A stretch of DNA of 64,000 nucleotides from Macrostomum hystrix (taxonomy: Eukaryota; Animalia; Platyhelminthes), in the NCBI GenBank assembly GCA_950097015.1, contig CATNEN010000005.1, forward strand, positions 744,001 to 808,000, read 5' to 3'. The notes under the pieces were generated by a model, which saw nothing but the letters and a program-made list of their open reading frames with translations, ran no database searches and was not told the origin of the DNA. Made by a program: the position numbers and the translations under genes. Shown here one piece after another: positions 1 through 13,635 of the stretch. Position 1 is the first letter of the stretch. The number at the start of each line of letters is the position of its first letter.

Positions 1-763
1 TGTTGGCAATGGTGGCAGGGTAGAGACCACAGGCATGGGCCAAAAAGCAAACCTGTCAAACCTGTTGGCAAGGCTGTTGGCTACTTTCTTACCTGGATGG
101 CCAGAGTGCCCTGGAACTTCCTTACACTACATTTTCCCTCAAAAAGTAAAAAAAATATTTTGCTTTCTTATGGCACATACATGTGCAACCTCCCAAATCT
201 TAGCTGGCCGTGCGACTTAGTTTTTGCTCTATTTACAACTTAGTTTGCTCTCATTTGCTCTATTTTTCTCTCCCCTTTTTCCTCTTCTTCAGGCCTTCCT
301 TTTTTGTCCCTTGGTCCCCCTTTGATTGTTTGCACTTGGTTGATTGGTTTTTGCAACTTACCTTGCTTGGCCCTCGTTTCACCAGGCCGGTTCGGCCGGG
401 TGTTGCGCATGTATGTTATGGCATATTAGCTAATTGACAATTCAATGTCTGAAAAGTTAATACAAAACGTTGTTTTCTTTGTATGCCTAGTTAAAAATTT
501 CAAGTTAATAAGTATTAATTAGTTTAAGTATTTATGCCTAGTTAATAAGTATTGTCTCTTAGCTCATGTTAAAATTTTATACATGCCTTGAGTTACTTAA
601 TGTATATGTTTGTACCTTTCTCACTCAATAAGGCAGTTTCTTTATTTCTTTAAGTTATTCCTAAGGTTGCTATGATAAAGTATGCATGCTCTTTAAATTT
701 TAAGTTACATTTTTTATTAAGTTATGTCTGAAAATAAGACAATAGTTGCTTTTTAAATTCCAG

Positions 764-3700
764 GCTCCCACTAACAAAGCAGTCAAATCATCAAAGCCAA
801 AGGGTACCAAGTGTGCCTCTAAGTCTCAGATTAGCAATGTGGCTGATCATGAAAATCACCCTAAAAATCGAAGTCTTCTAGCTGCTCTAGCTGTGGCTAT
901 TCTAGCCACCTCAATGTCTGGTTGTTATTACCAATTTTTTGGTGACTCGAAAGTACAAATTAACAATGGCGAAAATGCAACAGTCTTAGCATCAGCTAAT
1001 GCCACTTTGACTAAACCATTGCTACGTCAGTTTGACTGTTCGCCAAGCTATCTGGCTGAGCTAAGAAGAATTCGACCAGCCTGTCTGCCATCATATTGCG
1101 GTAGATTTGTTCACGACCAGCTTGCTGAACTGTCTGACGTCGCAGGACTGTTGGTTTTAGCCAGGCGTGGCTTCGCCTTTGGCGGCGGATCAGGCGGAGC
1201 AACTATATTAGATTTGCACTCCGGAGCACTGTCATATGGTGACAAGTTTGTTAATGTCTATGCACTGGGTAACGGACATGGTGAGCCAGATGGTCTTCTG
1301 CCAATCATTTTTAGTTTTCATCTTATCTAGTCTTATACTTTCCTTGGCCTGTAAAGTATTCTTTCTTAAGCCGAGTCCTCCACTTTGAATAAGTTGGTAG
1401 ACTGCTAATTGATTAATGGCAGTGACACACGTAGTCACATTGCAATGATGGCAGTAGTCACAATAGGTCAGCTACTATTGCGTCCGGACCACACGATTTC
1501 TTCGCTTTTATCTCGAGGACGCACCATGTTACCTCGGCAACAGAACAAGTGCTTAAGCCCGACGGCCCGCAGTCTCCAAAGCGGTCTTCGACGTCGATGT
1601 TCAGGCGGTGCTGGAAGTTCTTTAGAATCGAGCGAAGCTGAAGCTGAATCTTCGACTCTGCTGAGGTTGAACCGGTCGCTGATCACTGTCCGGTAGCCTC
1701 GCCTCTTGCGCTTGCGCTTACCCGGAAGTAATTGTCACGAAGCTCTTGCCCAATTGCGTCCTCTTCGAGCAGCGCGGCCAGCTCCACTGCCTTGCCCTAG
1801 CGGTCGTCTTGGTGATGCCTGCTGAAGAGCGTCAGCTTCACCTGGCGCTGAGGAGGTTGTTGTGTCAAGTCGTGGCACAGATGCCACTTCGTTATTCAGG
1901 TCCGCTTCCGCCATCAGCGCCGTACAGCCAGTGATGCTTCGCAGAGCCTGGTTTTGCACTGCCTGCAGGCGTGACCAGTGCGTGTCAGTCAGGATCGGCG
2001 CCCAGACCGGGGTGGTGTTCTCCAGCACTGGCCGGCAAATCGCTCTGTAGTTGTCTAACAGCGTCTCCTAATCGCTCCCCTTGCTGTACCCGCAAGGGCG
2101 GAGAACTTTGCAGGGGGCCTGGCTTTTCCTACTGCGACCTGCGTGTGGTTGTTGTCTGTGAGCTTCCGATCCAGCGTGACACCAAGAATCTTGGTGTGTT
2201 GCGAGTGCGGTATGACCTGGCCATTGAATACACTTTTGCGAAACCCGAATCGGCGAAAGAGGGGTATCCCTTTCAGCACGATTTGACAAGAGGGGAAATG
2301 GCTTGTCTGTAGCTAGGGGACGCAAAAAACGGTAGAAGTGTGAAACCGGTATTCAGTAAATTTTTTAAGTTAAAACCGGTGAAAACCGGTAAAAAGTACA
2401 TAAATTGACACATAATTTTCCCCATTTCATAAAAAATTGTACGCTTGTTTCTTAAAGATCGTTATATAATGTTGTAAACAGAATATATTTTAATTAAATA
2501 TACTGCATTTTCATCCTGTTCACTGAGTCAGTCCACAATACCAGCGCATAATCGCCTGCAAAATGCACTTCAATCAACTACTCGAGCCCGAGGAATCTCA
2601 GCTCTTTGACGCATTGCAGTAATTTTCAGTAGTATTGTTATAGGACATCTTCTGGTCGTCTAGCTATAAATTTTTTCGTTTGAATTGAATGATCTAGCTC
2701 GATGTCAGCAACATCAGATTCATGATCGCCAATCAGATGCATCCACTGGATCTGCTCAATGCAAAAGCTCTTGATGACTGGCTTCTTCATGATCCGTCCG
2801 GTTGTTCAGTGAAGGGGCTGCAGAGCCCTCGAAGTTTCGGTGTATCCTTCTTGGACAATGCGCTCTTCGATTCTGGCCTTCAGAGTCTGGCACAGATCTG
2901 ATGTCTGGTCTAGCTCTTGAAGAAGAAGCTTGATATCGCCTCAGCAGTGATCAAAGTCGCTTCTCGGTTGGACAGGGCCTCAACAGCTACTTTCACGGGT
3001 GTCAGGGTATTCACGACTTTTTGAATGAGCGCAAAGTTCTCATCAGTCAGCCTTTCACAATCTGGCAGCTTCAGATGTGTCTTCTGCACACTTGATCTCG
3101 TTCTGATAATCCTCTGAAGCATGTCAGCAAGACTATTCCAGTGTGTCTTGCAATCGAGAAGCAAAGTCAAGGGCTGGTTTGCATTGCAAAGTCATGAATG
3201 TTTGCACATTCTAGCGAGCATGGGCTTCAGCGACAAATCTTCCTGTTGGAAGTAGTCCAGTAGCGTCTTGGATGATTCTGAAATGTCATAGAAAAATCTA
3301 CAATTCATGAGTCGTGACTTTCCCAAATATAATTACGGCTCGTACGGGCGTAGTTGTGACTCGGGAATTCGAAAATGTTGGATGACTGAAATAGTTACGA
3401 GCGTATATAGAGGAAGGCGAAGGAACTCACCAGGTCCTGGAGCGCTGAGTCTGACAATCCTTGATTCGACGTCGCCACCACCTTGACCATGGCGCTTCAG
3501 AAGATTGATGTCATGCTTAACCTTCAGGTGGTTGTGGAGGCCACTTGTTGATCCACCAGCACAAGCAAAGGTCTTTTGGCACAAGTTGCACTTGGCATTT
3601 TGTCCGGGTTTTCCATTGACATCTTCACGTTGAAAATGCTTCAATTGTATTTATTAATATTGAATAAATAGCTCTTGTTCCTGTAACGCTACTGGCATTG

Positions 3701-6700
3701 GAAGATTTAGGAAGTAACAAGAAAGAAGTAATTTCGACTTTATTGATTGTAAATGGTACGGATACTCGTAAAATTAATATATTTATAGCATAATATCAAT
3801 TCGCGATTAATCCCACCGGTAAAAAAGCACTCATCGTTGTAAAACTCCTAAACGGTTCGTTGGCTTCCTGGAAGGTGTACTATCGTGTCACTAAGTCCAC
3901 CGTGCTGCTTTCTTTGTTGCACTCGAAACGCGCCTGCTTGAGCGTTGTGGACGTAAGCCTTGTACTCGTAGATGACGTCGCGTCTTTTGATATAAATCTG
4001 ATATGATTTGAAATATGATTTATATAGGATATAAATCAGCTGCCAGCTTCCTGAAGCTCCTAATCGCAATTGCCCACGTCTGGTGCTCGCTGATCCCGTC
4101 ATCTGCCAGCAGGCCTTCCACGTAACGCTGCGTTCTACCCACCCCTCGGCGCAACGGGCCCTGCAGGATGAGGAGCAAGACGTCCTGTACGGGCTCTCTG
4201 CAGTATGATTCCGCGCTGACAACCAGATGTTGCAAATGCCGTTGTTGCGAATGTACGAGCTATGTTGTTCGTTGCTGATGTTGCATTCGAAAGAATGCAA
4301 AACCTTTTCAGTTGGATTTGCCAGTAGCTCAAAATGCTAGGAATATTTTTTGATCTCGCCTCTGATGAAGGCAGGTAGGACAGATGTGCAATGGCTAATT
4401 AGCATTTTCACTAAAAATTGGCTACATGGTGCGTCGAAAGTACTTAAAATACAATACCGGCCAAGTCTTAGCTGAAGTAATTGCAGAGCTGTTAAACTAA
4501 AAGATAAAGACCGTGCGTTGTTCAACAAATGACAAAGTTTTTCCATTAATTTTTTTACAACACGATTTGTGATTCCTAGAATTTTAAATCGATTGATGCG
4601 TTTAGCGCCGGCATCTGCAACTAAGTATCGGGCGTGACCGGTAATGATCCGACCAGGTAAGCCAGCAGAACGCGCTACAGCACGACTCACTACAGTACGT
4701 ACTACAGCATGGACGGGCTAGACACAGCAGAAAATACTGTCTAGCCTCTTTAAAATGTCACATTTGACTTCAAGAAGAGAAAACAAACGCGGGCAAACAA
4801 TATACTCGTACACCGGACACTTGGTAAACCAATATACACAGGTATACAATGATACCAATATAAAGAACTTTTATTTTAGGCAGTTCGCATCTTGCGAAAG
4901 CAAACACTACAAAAGTTGGCGCAAATAATAATTAAACTATATGAAAATCAATCACGACAATCGATAAAACTTCTCAAAAACACTGCTTGTACTAGGAATA
5001 GCTGCGTGACGTCGTTCGTGTGTAGAACAACTTGCGCGTGCTCAAGTGTGCGAAGAGCGTCTCGTTTTGAGATAAACGAGAGAGCGTACAAAGTGTAGGG
5101 CAGTTTTTCTCAAGGGTGAATCCTAGAATTTCTACAGATATTGTGTTATTTTAGCTTTTTATCTCCAAAACCTCATAAGATTATAGATACGAAAATTGTT
5201 TCTTAAAGATGTTTTACAAGTGTTTTACAAGCACCAGGCTTCAGTTTTTATCACCTGCCCACCAATTTATTTTTTTATCTCGGTGTCTGGACAAAAGCTC
5301 TCGGGATTGGAATGGATGCTAAAAGACAAGGACAAGACAATGCTTGTTTGTTCGGGTGGAACATGTTAAACATTTAAAGTGTAGAGGTTTGGTGTTGCGA
5401 GTCGCAAATGACTAAGAGCTAGGCGGTGGTTCTTTTTTGTTGAGTCTCGTATGTGATCAGAGCGGAATGGAGGGTCTTAAATATTGCGCAATCAGGTGCG
5501 GTGAGGTGCAGTGTATTTATTGTCTTTTTTAGAGCTTTCATAAATTTCTAGAAAGTTATTGTACGGTTAAACAAATTTTATTTAACTATTTTTTATCATT
5601 GTTAGATGTATGCGCATGAGGAGTATGTTTGCAATTTGATATACGGAAGTTTATGATGTAGTGTATGATTATTGCACTCGAGGAAGATGTAGAAAAATGT
5701 CGAAATTTAATGTAGCTCGTACCATATCGGAGACTTTTCTCGAAATAAATGTTTTCGTACTATATATAGAATATTTTAGAAGGTCATTCGAATTTCATAC
5801 CGTATGGAAGTTTCGCGAAAGTCACTACAAAAGTAATGATTTTACAATAAAACAAAACAGAATTGATATGAAGTTATAAGGTACTGGCTGGCAAAATAAA
5901 AAATGCCTGGCTGGAAAATGCCTGCTGACTGCGTATTTATTTATTTGATCGAAGTACGATAGTAACATATCTATAAATGATTGCTGGCAAAAATGATTTA
6001 GCAAGCAAAAAAGAAAGACACGAGAAGAGACGATAAATTTACAAACAATAGCAAAAGGGTCACTTAAACGACAGGAAAAAGAAGCATACTTAATAAATCA
6101 ACTCACTGCGTCACTGCCTTGTCTAATTCGCTGCGTCACTCTCCATTAGCGCGAAGCGTGCAATTATTCGCTTGAATTCAGCTTAAAGTGCATGATGCAG
6201 CGTAAAGTGCAAGCCAAGAGCAAACCGCAGCCGTTTACATCGCTGGCCAAGAGCACCATTGGAGTCTGGACTAGCTGAACGTCATATTCGACTCTTCCAC
6301 ACTTCAAGAAAGAGAAGTGAGAAAGTTAACAGTACAATACGTTGCGTATCGTACATAGCGCTTTTAGCATCACCTACATCGTACATTAGCTTCACCTAAA
6401 AGCATACTCTCAATCACAACAACCAGATAAAATTTCGGGTAAATTTGTAAAGCAACGTATGTAAGATAGATTTAGATAATTAATCCAAATTTCTTTGACA
6501 AATTCAAATAAAATCTAAAAGGCCGACTATGCCGATTCGCCTTCGCGATGATTTGAATTTTAAATAACGCTAAATTAAATGCGGATGAAACTATTAGAGT
6601 ACTAAAATCACACAAAAATATTTTTGTTTTTAAGAAACAAAATTTTTACTCGTTTAATGCGGTCCATTTTCACAGGAGGTCGCGGGTTCGAGCCTACCGA

Positions 6701-7163
6701 CACCGAACGCCGCCTGTACGCCGACGTCGTAAATCGAATTCGCCTAGCCGTAGCCGCCGCATTCAACGTGTCTGATCGCGACTCTCTACATTTAACTAGG
6801 CCGACCTTCTTCTCTAGACTGACCTCAGCAGAAGCCAGAACTCAGCACGATGAATACTGGCACTCACATGTGGATAAAGACACATACGGCAGTTTTCATT
6901 ACACCTCCTTGCTTTATCTGGCCAACTATGCCACAGATTTCACTGGCGGTAGGTTCGCTTTCATCGACACTGACTCCAAAACTAACGAGACAAGTTTAGC
7001 CTTTGTTGAACCAAAGTCCGGGCGAGTATCCGCTTTCACTTCCGGATCTGAGAACACTCATCGGGTTGAGCGTGTAACTGGCGGAGAACGCATTGCGTTA
7101 ACTATTGCCTTCACCTGCGATCCCAGTGCAGCCATTGATCCTGAGAGGATGGGCGGCCGATAA
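764..7163 (+). CDS. OGFOD3: 2-oxoglutarate/Fe(II)-dependent oxygenase domain-containing protein 3, 5'-partial; exons 764-1280 and 6676-7163
   Basis: Exon A has a TM segment and GGGSGGATILDLHSGALS; exon B has LTRPTFFSRL, HDEYWHSHVDK-TYGSFHYTSLLYL and FTSGSENTHRVERV. Acceptor CAG at 761-763, donor GTGAG at 1281, acceptor CACAG ending 6675. The phase-1 join G+GA keeps the frame across a 5395-nt intron. The start-codon exon was not identified. Confidence 0.92.
1850..2290 (-). mobile_element. Degenerate non-LTR retrotransposon fragment (RT C-terminal region, I/Jockey-group-like) inside the OGFOD3 intron
   Basis: Frameshifted ORFs give NGQVIPHSQHTKILGVTLDRKLT, ALAGT and PVWAPILTDTHWSRLQAVQNQALRSITGC, typical of LINE ORF2 downstream of the RT core. 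Confidence 0.8.
2314..3850 (-). mobile_element. Internally deleted, degenerate hAT DNA transposon
   Basis: BED zinc finger (AKCNLCQKTFACAGGSTSGLHNHLKVKH, 3333-3644) and hAT catalytic-region motif DCKTHWNSLADMLQR (2910-3170). ACCGGT subterminal motifs lie near both ends. No clean TIR pair or TSD was found, so boundaries are approximate. Confidence 0.8.
3848..4690 (-). pseudogene. Unidentified coding-like relic antisense within the OGFOD3 intron
   Basis: ORFs 4337-4690 and 3848-4300 share a frame and are separated by one TAG; an overlapping frame (4020-4235) has protein-like composition. No family recognised. Confidence 0.25.
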
Positions 7164-7574
7164 ATGATCCGAATTACAGTGTCTTTAGGGAAGGAAAGGT
7201 TGAATTTGACACTGGGGAAGATGAAGATGGTTTTGTTATTCTTTCCCTAAAGTTACTGATTGCCCTACTCAAAGTAATACATTCGAAAAAAAACTGTTGT
7301 GTTGCATTGTCTTTTAGTTTCGCAGCTTTTAGAATAGTAATAAATTCGCTAGTCATTTTTGTGGATACAACTTAACAAACTAACTTGGATTGTTATCGTC
7401 CTAAAGTATTTGTGCCAATTGTGCTAATTTACAAAATACAACTCGAAAATAATGCACTATTACTAAGGAGATACTACGAAAGTGGCTTTATTAGTTACCG
7501 TGAAGAATTCGAAACCTGCTTTCGTATTTCTAAATTTGCAAAAAAATTATTTTAAAATTTATAGATAGATGTAT

Positions 7575-7617
7575 CGCACCGCGATTCGAACTCTCGACCT
7601 TCCAGTCATCAGACGTC
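7575..7617 (-). mobile_element. Fragment of a second tRNA-derived SINE-like family (also 34580-34640 and 49222-49257)
   Basis: All three loci share TCGAA-x-GACCTTC(C/A)AGTC, i.e. a B-box (GTTCGA-like) on the minus strand. The 34580-34640 copy also has an A-box-like TAGCCCAATGG. Confidence 0.45.
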
Positions 7618-8404
7618 TAAAGATGTAGCTGCAAATTTGGGGCTACATCAGTCTCGCCTATTTCCCTTCTTTCATTTCTCTCTGGAAGACTGGAGCAAAC
7701 ACAGGAGGTTAATACTAGGCTTCAGTGAAGAAGTAAGGAGGATAAAAATCGATTAGAGGCAGATCAGACAGCTTCCCCAGGTAACCGGATGTGAGCCACT
7801 TTATAGGCTATGATTAGCCCTATATTCTAGCTATTGCTGTCCATTATGTAGCTCGTACTTATGTATAAATTCGAATGCAAGCTCTCATAGTTAGCGAAAG
7901 AGGACTTTTAAGAACAAACGTAACATATAGGAGTAACATATAACATACATGCTTAACATTATGCATATGTAACTCAATGTGTATTAGCTTTTCCCAGAGA
8001 ATATAACTGGGTAATTTGCACATGTACGAGTAATAGTCGAGATTTAGCTAGCTCTCTGAATAAATCTGAAGGTTATGTTTGTTGAGTAAGACAAACATCG
8101 CTTGACCATTTGTGACCTACGTGTAGGTATAACAGTTCTAGTAAACACAGCATTCCTATCTCGTGTATTGACTTGTGCAACAGAGCTATCCATAATAATT
8201 TCACCGTATCGACTATGTTGATTATGGTATTACACTGTCATTAATTGTTTGCCCACTGTACCGGATCTGTAAGAATTACAGGAGTCTATTCTGCCTATTT
8301 CCAAGCACACACGCTTAAAAAATTATTCACAGATATGTACATCTGCCCATTCTCATTGTTGCCCTCAAATAGCGTATATTGTACGGCAAGCCCAAATAAG
8401 TGAG

Positions 8405-8455
8405 GCCTCGCCGTGGATTCGAGCTCAGGGACCATTGGTACGAGACCATTTAGAC
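8405..8455 (-). mobile_element. Short degenerate fragment of the main SINE head
   Basis: GGCCTCGCCGTGGATTCGAGCTCAGGGACC resembles GGCCTCGCCGTGGAATCGAACTTAGGGACC in the copy at about 61536-61565. Confidence 0.5.
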
Positions 8456-8552
8456 CAGTCTGCATTCAAACGAACTGAAAGCCTTCACTTACGATCCAAA
8501 AATGTATCAGAATTACTTGTGTTTGTATGCATTGAAAGTAGGTAGAAATATC

Positions 8553-9500
8553 ATTATTATTACTATTATTATTATTAGTGAGGTGCGCACGCGGATTGGG
8601 TGCTGATTTTTTTGTTTATTTTATGTTTGAGGCTGAAAAATTCGATTTTTTTAAAAGAAGGCGATAGGAAAACAGTAGCATGCATAAGATTAATTTTAGG
8701 TGAAAAAAATATTTGAAAAAAACGAATTTTTAAAATAAACAAAGGCAATAAAACAAAAAATGAAATATTGAAATTTAAAGAGAAAATTGAAACTGACCGA
8801 AAGAAGAATGGCTATTGTGTTTTCGCATTCTAACTATGGGCCTCAGGGCAGTGGCTTTTCATCTATAGCTTTAAGTATGCTTTCTATGAAGTCCACAAAA
8901 CTTTCTGTTAATTCTGTGCTTTCCTGTGTCATTAAATACACAATTTTGTCATCAGCTGTTAGGCTTTCGAAATTTCGAACAGTGCCTGCCACTTTCTCTA
9001 TGAATTTATTTCTAATTGGAACATAAACGGACCAATCGCATCTAAAGAGAATTTGAGTTTCGTTCTCTACCTCGACTCTACATTTTGGGCATGTTCTGTT
9101 TTCATAGGCGATTTTCGGTCTTACAGTGCGCAATGTCTCGCAGGCCAGTTTGTGGTTTCCTAGACGAAATCGGGACATTGTGCGCCTTTGTTCTGGGTTA
9201 GAGATTATTGTTAGGTACTTTTCTCTGGAGAAATCTTTCTTAAATGTGTAATAGAAGTGGCTGAGCTTGGCTGATTTTCCCATCCTCTGAGTCCAGTGCC
9301 TTCGAAACTCTGACTCAAAGTTCTCCCTGTGCGTTTTGATGGACTTTGTTTTTCTAGTCTGTTGACAATTCCGCATTACTTCACTATTCGTTTTTTCCTC
9401 AATGCCAACATGATCGCTGTATTCTGTATCTGCCACCAATTTCGCGATGATGGAGTCTGGTCGGCTCCGAACTGAGGACCAGTATTGAAGGCTTCTTTTT
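8553..9500 (-). mobile_element. 5'-truncated LINE: ORF2 C-terminus, 3' UTR and (TAA)n tail
   Basis: ORF 8843-9439 has SRFRLGNHKLACET and RTCPKC...ENETQILFRC...Y...R, the C-terminal CCHC-type motif of CR1/L2/RTEX-type elements with His replaced by Gln. An (AAT)n-rich tail on the element strand lies at about 8553-8578. Confidence 0.8.
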
Positions 9501-9627
9501 TGAATACTATTTAATAGTGGTAGTCTCTATCACGAAATTTCACAACGTCGAAAACAAAAGTTGCTTCCGACTTCACAAGCCCTAAATTTCACAAGGCTTG
9601 TAAAGTTTTTGTGCATGGCTTTTCGAC

Positions 9628-10697
9628 GTGAAAATTAGGTCTTGTGAAAATTAGGTCTTGTGAAAATTAGGTCTTGTGAAATTTAGGGTTTGTGAAATTT
9701 AGGGTTTGTGAAATTTAGGGCTTGTGAAATTTAGGGTTTGTGAAATTTAGGGCTTGTGAAATTTTGGGCTTGTGAAATTTAGGGCTTGTGAAATTTAGGG
9801 CTTGTGAAATTTAGGGCTTGTGAAATTTAGGGCTTGTGAAATTTAGGGCTTGTGAAATTTAGGGCTTGTGAAATTTAGGGCTTATGAAATTTAGGGCTTG
9901 TGAAATTTAGGGCTTGTGAAATTTAGGGCTTGTGAAATTTAGGTCTTGTGAAATTTAGGGCTTGTGAAATTTAGGGCTTGTGAAATTTAGGGCTTGTGAA
10001 AATTAGGGCTTGTGAAATTTTGGGTTTGTGAAATTTAGGGTTTGTGAAATTTAGGGTTTGTGAAATTTAGGGTTTGTGAAATTTAGGGTTTGTGAAATTT
10101 AGGGCTTATGAAATTCTGTGCATGCCTTTTATTCGTTGTGAAATTTAAGGGCTTGTGAAATTTAGGGCTTGTGAAATTTAGGGTTTGTGAAATTTAGGGC
10201 TTGTGAAATTTAGGGCTTGTGAAATTTAGGGTTTGTGAAATTTAGGGCTTGTGAAATTTAGGTCTTGTGAAAATTAGGTCTTGTGAAAATTAGGGCTTGT
10301 GAAATTTAGGGCTTGTGAAATTTAGGGCTTGTGAAATTTAGGGCTTGTGAAATTTAGGGTTTGTGAAAATTAGGTCTTGTGAAAATTAGGGCTTGTGAAA
10401 TTTAGGGCTTGTGAAATTTAGGGCTTGTGAAATTTAGGGTTTGTGAAAATTAGGTCTTGTGAAAATTAGGGCTTGTGAAATTTAGGGCTTGTGAAATTTA
10501 GGGTTTGTGAAAATTAGGTCTTGTGAAAATTAGGGCTTGTGAAATTTAGGGCTTGTGAAAATTAGGGCTTATGAAAGTGTGTGTCTTGCGACGTTGTGAA
10601 ATTTAGGGCTTGTGAAATTTAGGGCTTGTGAACTTTAGGGCTTGTGAAATTTAGGGCTTGTGAAATTTAGGGCTTGTGAAATTTAGGGCTTGTGAAA
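9628..10697. repeat. 16-bp minisatellite (GTGAAATTTAGGGCTT), about 60 units, with inverted copies of the unit upstream (9535-9597)
   Basis: Direct reading. AAATTTCACAACGTCG (9535-9550) is the exact reverse complement of 10589-10604. Confidence 0.97.
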
Positions 10698-11511
10698 GCG
10701 ACCCTTTTAAACACCCGCTGTCTACTTCACGATAGATCCCAAACCGAATGAATGATTTTTGTGAAAGTGCATCATTTGGATCAACATTTTTAGCCCTTAC
10801 GATGAACCAACTTTCAATGCCGTCCGACGTCAGCATCATCGAGACATTCAGCGATTCTTGTCGAAGACCTGGTGACAACTGACACTTCTCTGTATATGAA
10901 CCTCAATGGCGAACACAAATTGGTTCAATGCGATAATACTCAACAATATCATTGCATGATGAAATTTTGCGAGCAGAAAAAATATGCCGAGATTCGCGCG
11001 ATCGAAAATGTTCTCCCGCGTTCCGGATTTTCATGGCGATTGGTTGAATATTTTGGGAGATGCAGAGAAAATAAAATGTGGGGATTTAAAATACCCCACT
11101 GTGTTCTTTCTACTGTTTAGACATGACAGATCCCAAATGCTTCCACTCATTCGCTCTCTTATCATCGACCGCCGTTTTTATCTACAAAAAGTACTCAGAC
11201 TCGCGCAAATAAATTCCCAATTATAGCTGGCAGTTGAGCTGCCTCAATTCCATTAACCACGATTATCATCCTGCCATTCTCGTATAGCTCCGTATCGAAG
11301 TGGCAGTCTGCCCGCTCTCTCTTCGTGTCTCTCAGTCTTCGCAGTGAAATAACACACACAGTCAGATAATGGATTATTCATGACCGCTGTGGGTTGAAGC
11401 GAGCGACTCCTAGCGCTATAGTACTTATAACTATATTATCATTGCAAAGACAAACTAGAAGTGAAAATAGAATTTCTCCGTTTTCTAATAAAAAGATCGC
11501 CTTCACTGCAA

Positions 11512-11544
11512 CCAATCCAAAATGGTCTGGGTTGCCACGGTAAC
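11512..11544. promoter_or_regulatory. CCAAT box plus RFX X-box
   Basis: CCAAT at 11512-11516. GTTGCCACGGTAAC at 11531-11544 closely matches the RFX palindrome GTTGCCATGGCAAC. Confidence 0.55.
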
Positions 11545-11994
11545 TGGAACAGCGTCAAGGCGGCCCATTTTTATGTTTGTGTGCTGTGTGTGTGTGTATG
11601 AAAGGTATTCGTAATTAGGCCTGCAAATTTTCGACATCTAATGAGACTGCCTACCTTTAGCTTCAGTTGCTAGGGGTAAGAGCATCGACTCAAGGTTGCT
11701 TTCAAGACTCGAGAAAACAGCAACTAACACATGATGCGATCATTAAGCTTGGTAGCAACTCGAAGCTGAATAGAACAGCCTTAGTACAAAACTGGTTCTG
11801 TTATTAATGACAGCTGCATCTACCTCTGTCGTGAACAACTGACTGAGAGACGAGAGGAAGATGGGATAGAGGGGAGAAATACAAGTAGATAGGATAGAGG
11901 GGGAGAAAGATACAGAATAGAGGAGGAGAAAGAGACTATAGTGAGGGAAGGAGAAATATATGGGAGGGAGGATGAGAAGTAGACAAATGGGAGG

Positions 11995-13635
11995 GTAGAA
12001 AGAGACGAGACTGAGGGGGGAGAAAGCGACGAGACTGAGGGGGGGGGAAAGATACGAGACTGAGGGGGAGAAAGAGACGAGACTGAGGGGGGAGAAAGAT
12101 ACGAGACTGAGGGAGGAGAAAGATACGAGTCTGAGGGGAGAGAAAGAGACGAGACTGAGGATGGAGAACGAGACGAGACTGAGGGGGAGAAAGAGACGAG
12201 ACTGAGGGGGAGAAAGAGACGAGACTGAGGGGGGAGAAAGATACGAGACTGAGGGGGGAGAAAGATACGAGACTGAGGGGGGAGAAAGATACGAGACTGA
12301 GGGGGGAGAAAGATACGAGACTGAGGGGGGAGAAAGATACGAGACTGAGGGAGGAGAAAGATACGAGTCTGAGGGGAGAGAAAGAGACGAGACTGAGGGT
12401 GGAGAACGAGACGAGACTGAGGGGGAGAAAGAGACGAGACTGAGGGGCGAGAAAGAGACGAGACTGAGGGGGAGAAAGAGACGAGACTGAGGGGGAGAAA
12501 GAGTCGAGACTGAGGGGGAGAAAGAGACGAGACTGAGGGTAGAAAGAGACGAGACTGAGGGGGGAGAAAGCGACGAGACTGAGGGGGGGGAAAGATACGA
12601 GACTGAGGGGGAGAAAGAGACGAGACTGAGGGGGGAGAAAGATACGAGACTGAGGGAGGAGAAAGATACGAGTCTGAGGGGAGAGAAAGAGACGAGACTG
12701 AGGATGGAGAACGAGACGAGACTGAGGGGGAGAAAGAGACGAGACTGAGGGGGAGAAAGATACGAGACTGAGGGGGGAGAAAGATACGAGACTGAGGGGG
12801 GAGAAAGATACGAGACTGAGGGGGGAGAAAGATACGAGACTGAGGGGGGAGAAAGATACGAGACTGAGGGGGGAGAAAGATACGAGACTGAGGGAGGAGA
12901 AAGATACGAGTCTGAGGGGAGAGAAAGAGACGAGACTGAGGGTGGAGAACGAGACGAGACTGAGGGGGAGAAAGAGACGAGACTGAGGGGCGAGAAAGAG
13001 ACGAGACTGAGGGGGAGAAAGAGACGAGACTGAGGGGGAGAAAGAGACGAGACTGAGGGGGAGAAAGTGACGAGACTGAGGGGGAGAAAGAGACGAGACT
13101 GAGGGGGAGAAAGAGACGAGACTGAGGGGGAGAAAGAGACGAGACTGAGGGGGAGAAAGAGACGAGACTGAGGGGGAGAAAGTGACGAGACTGAGGGGGA
13201 GAAAGATACGAGACTGAGGGGGAGAAAGATACGAGACTGAGGGAGGAGAAAGATACGAGTCTGAGGGGAGAGAAAGAGACGAGACTGAGGGTGGAGAACG
13301 AGACGAGACTGAGGGGGAGAAAGAGACGAGACTGAGGGGCGAGAAAGAGTCGAGACTGAGGGGGAGAAAGAGACGAGACTGAGGGGGAGAAAGAGACGAG
13401 ACTGAGGGGGAGAAAGAGTCGAGACTGAGGGGGAGAAAGAGACGAGACTGAGGGGGAGAAAGTGACGAGACTGAGGGGGAGAAAGAGACGAGACTGAGGG
13501 GGAGAAAGAGTCGAGACTGAGGGGGAGAAAGAGACGAGACTGAGGGGGAGAAAGAGACGAGACTGAGGGGGAGAAAGTGACGAGACTGAGGGGGAGAAAG
13601 ATACGAGACTGAGGGGAAAGAAAGAGACGAGATTG
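11995..13635. repeat. 22-24-bp purine-rich minisatellite (GAGAAAGAGACGAGACTGAGGGG, variable G-run)
   Basis: Direct reading; source of the spurious 692/633-aa minus-strand ORFs. Confidence 0.97.

Noticed and set aside
6676-6697. B-box-like GGTTCGAGCC at the start of OGFOD3 exon B suggesting SINE exonisation
   Set aside because: The encoded peptide aligns with the expected OGFOD3 segment before RLY; the match is probably chance.
8553-8578. This LINE as the mobilising partner of the SINE
   Set aside because: The LINE tail is (AAT)n on its sense strand, the SINE tail is (ATT)n, and no shared 3' sequence was seen.
9628-10697. Interstitial telomere
   Set aside because: TTAGGG hexamers are separated by 10-bp spacers and do not form a true telomeric tract.
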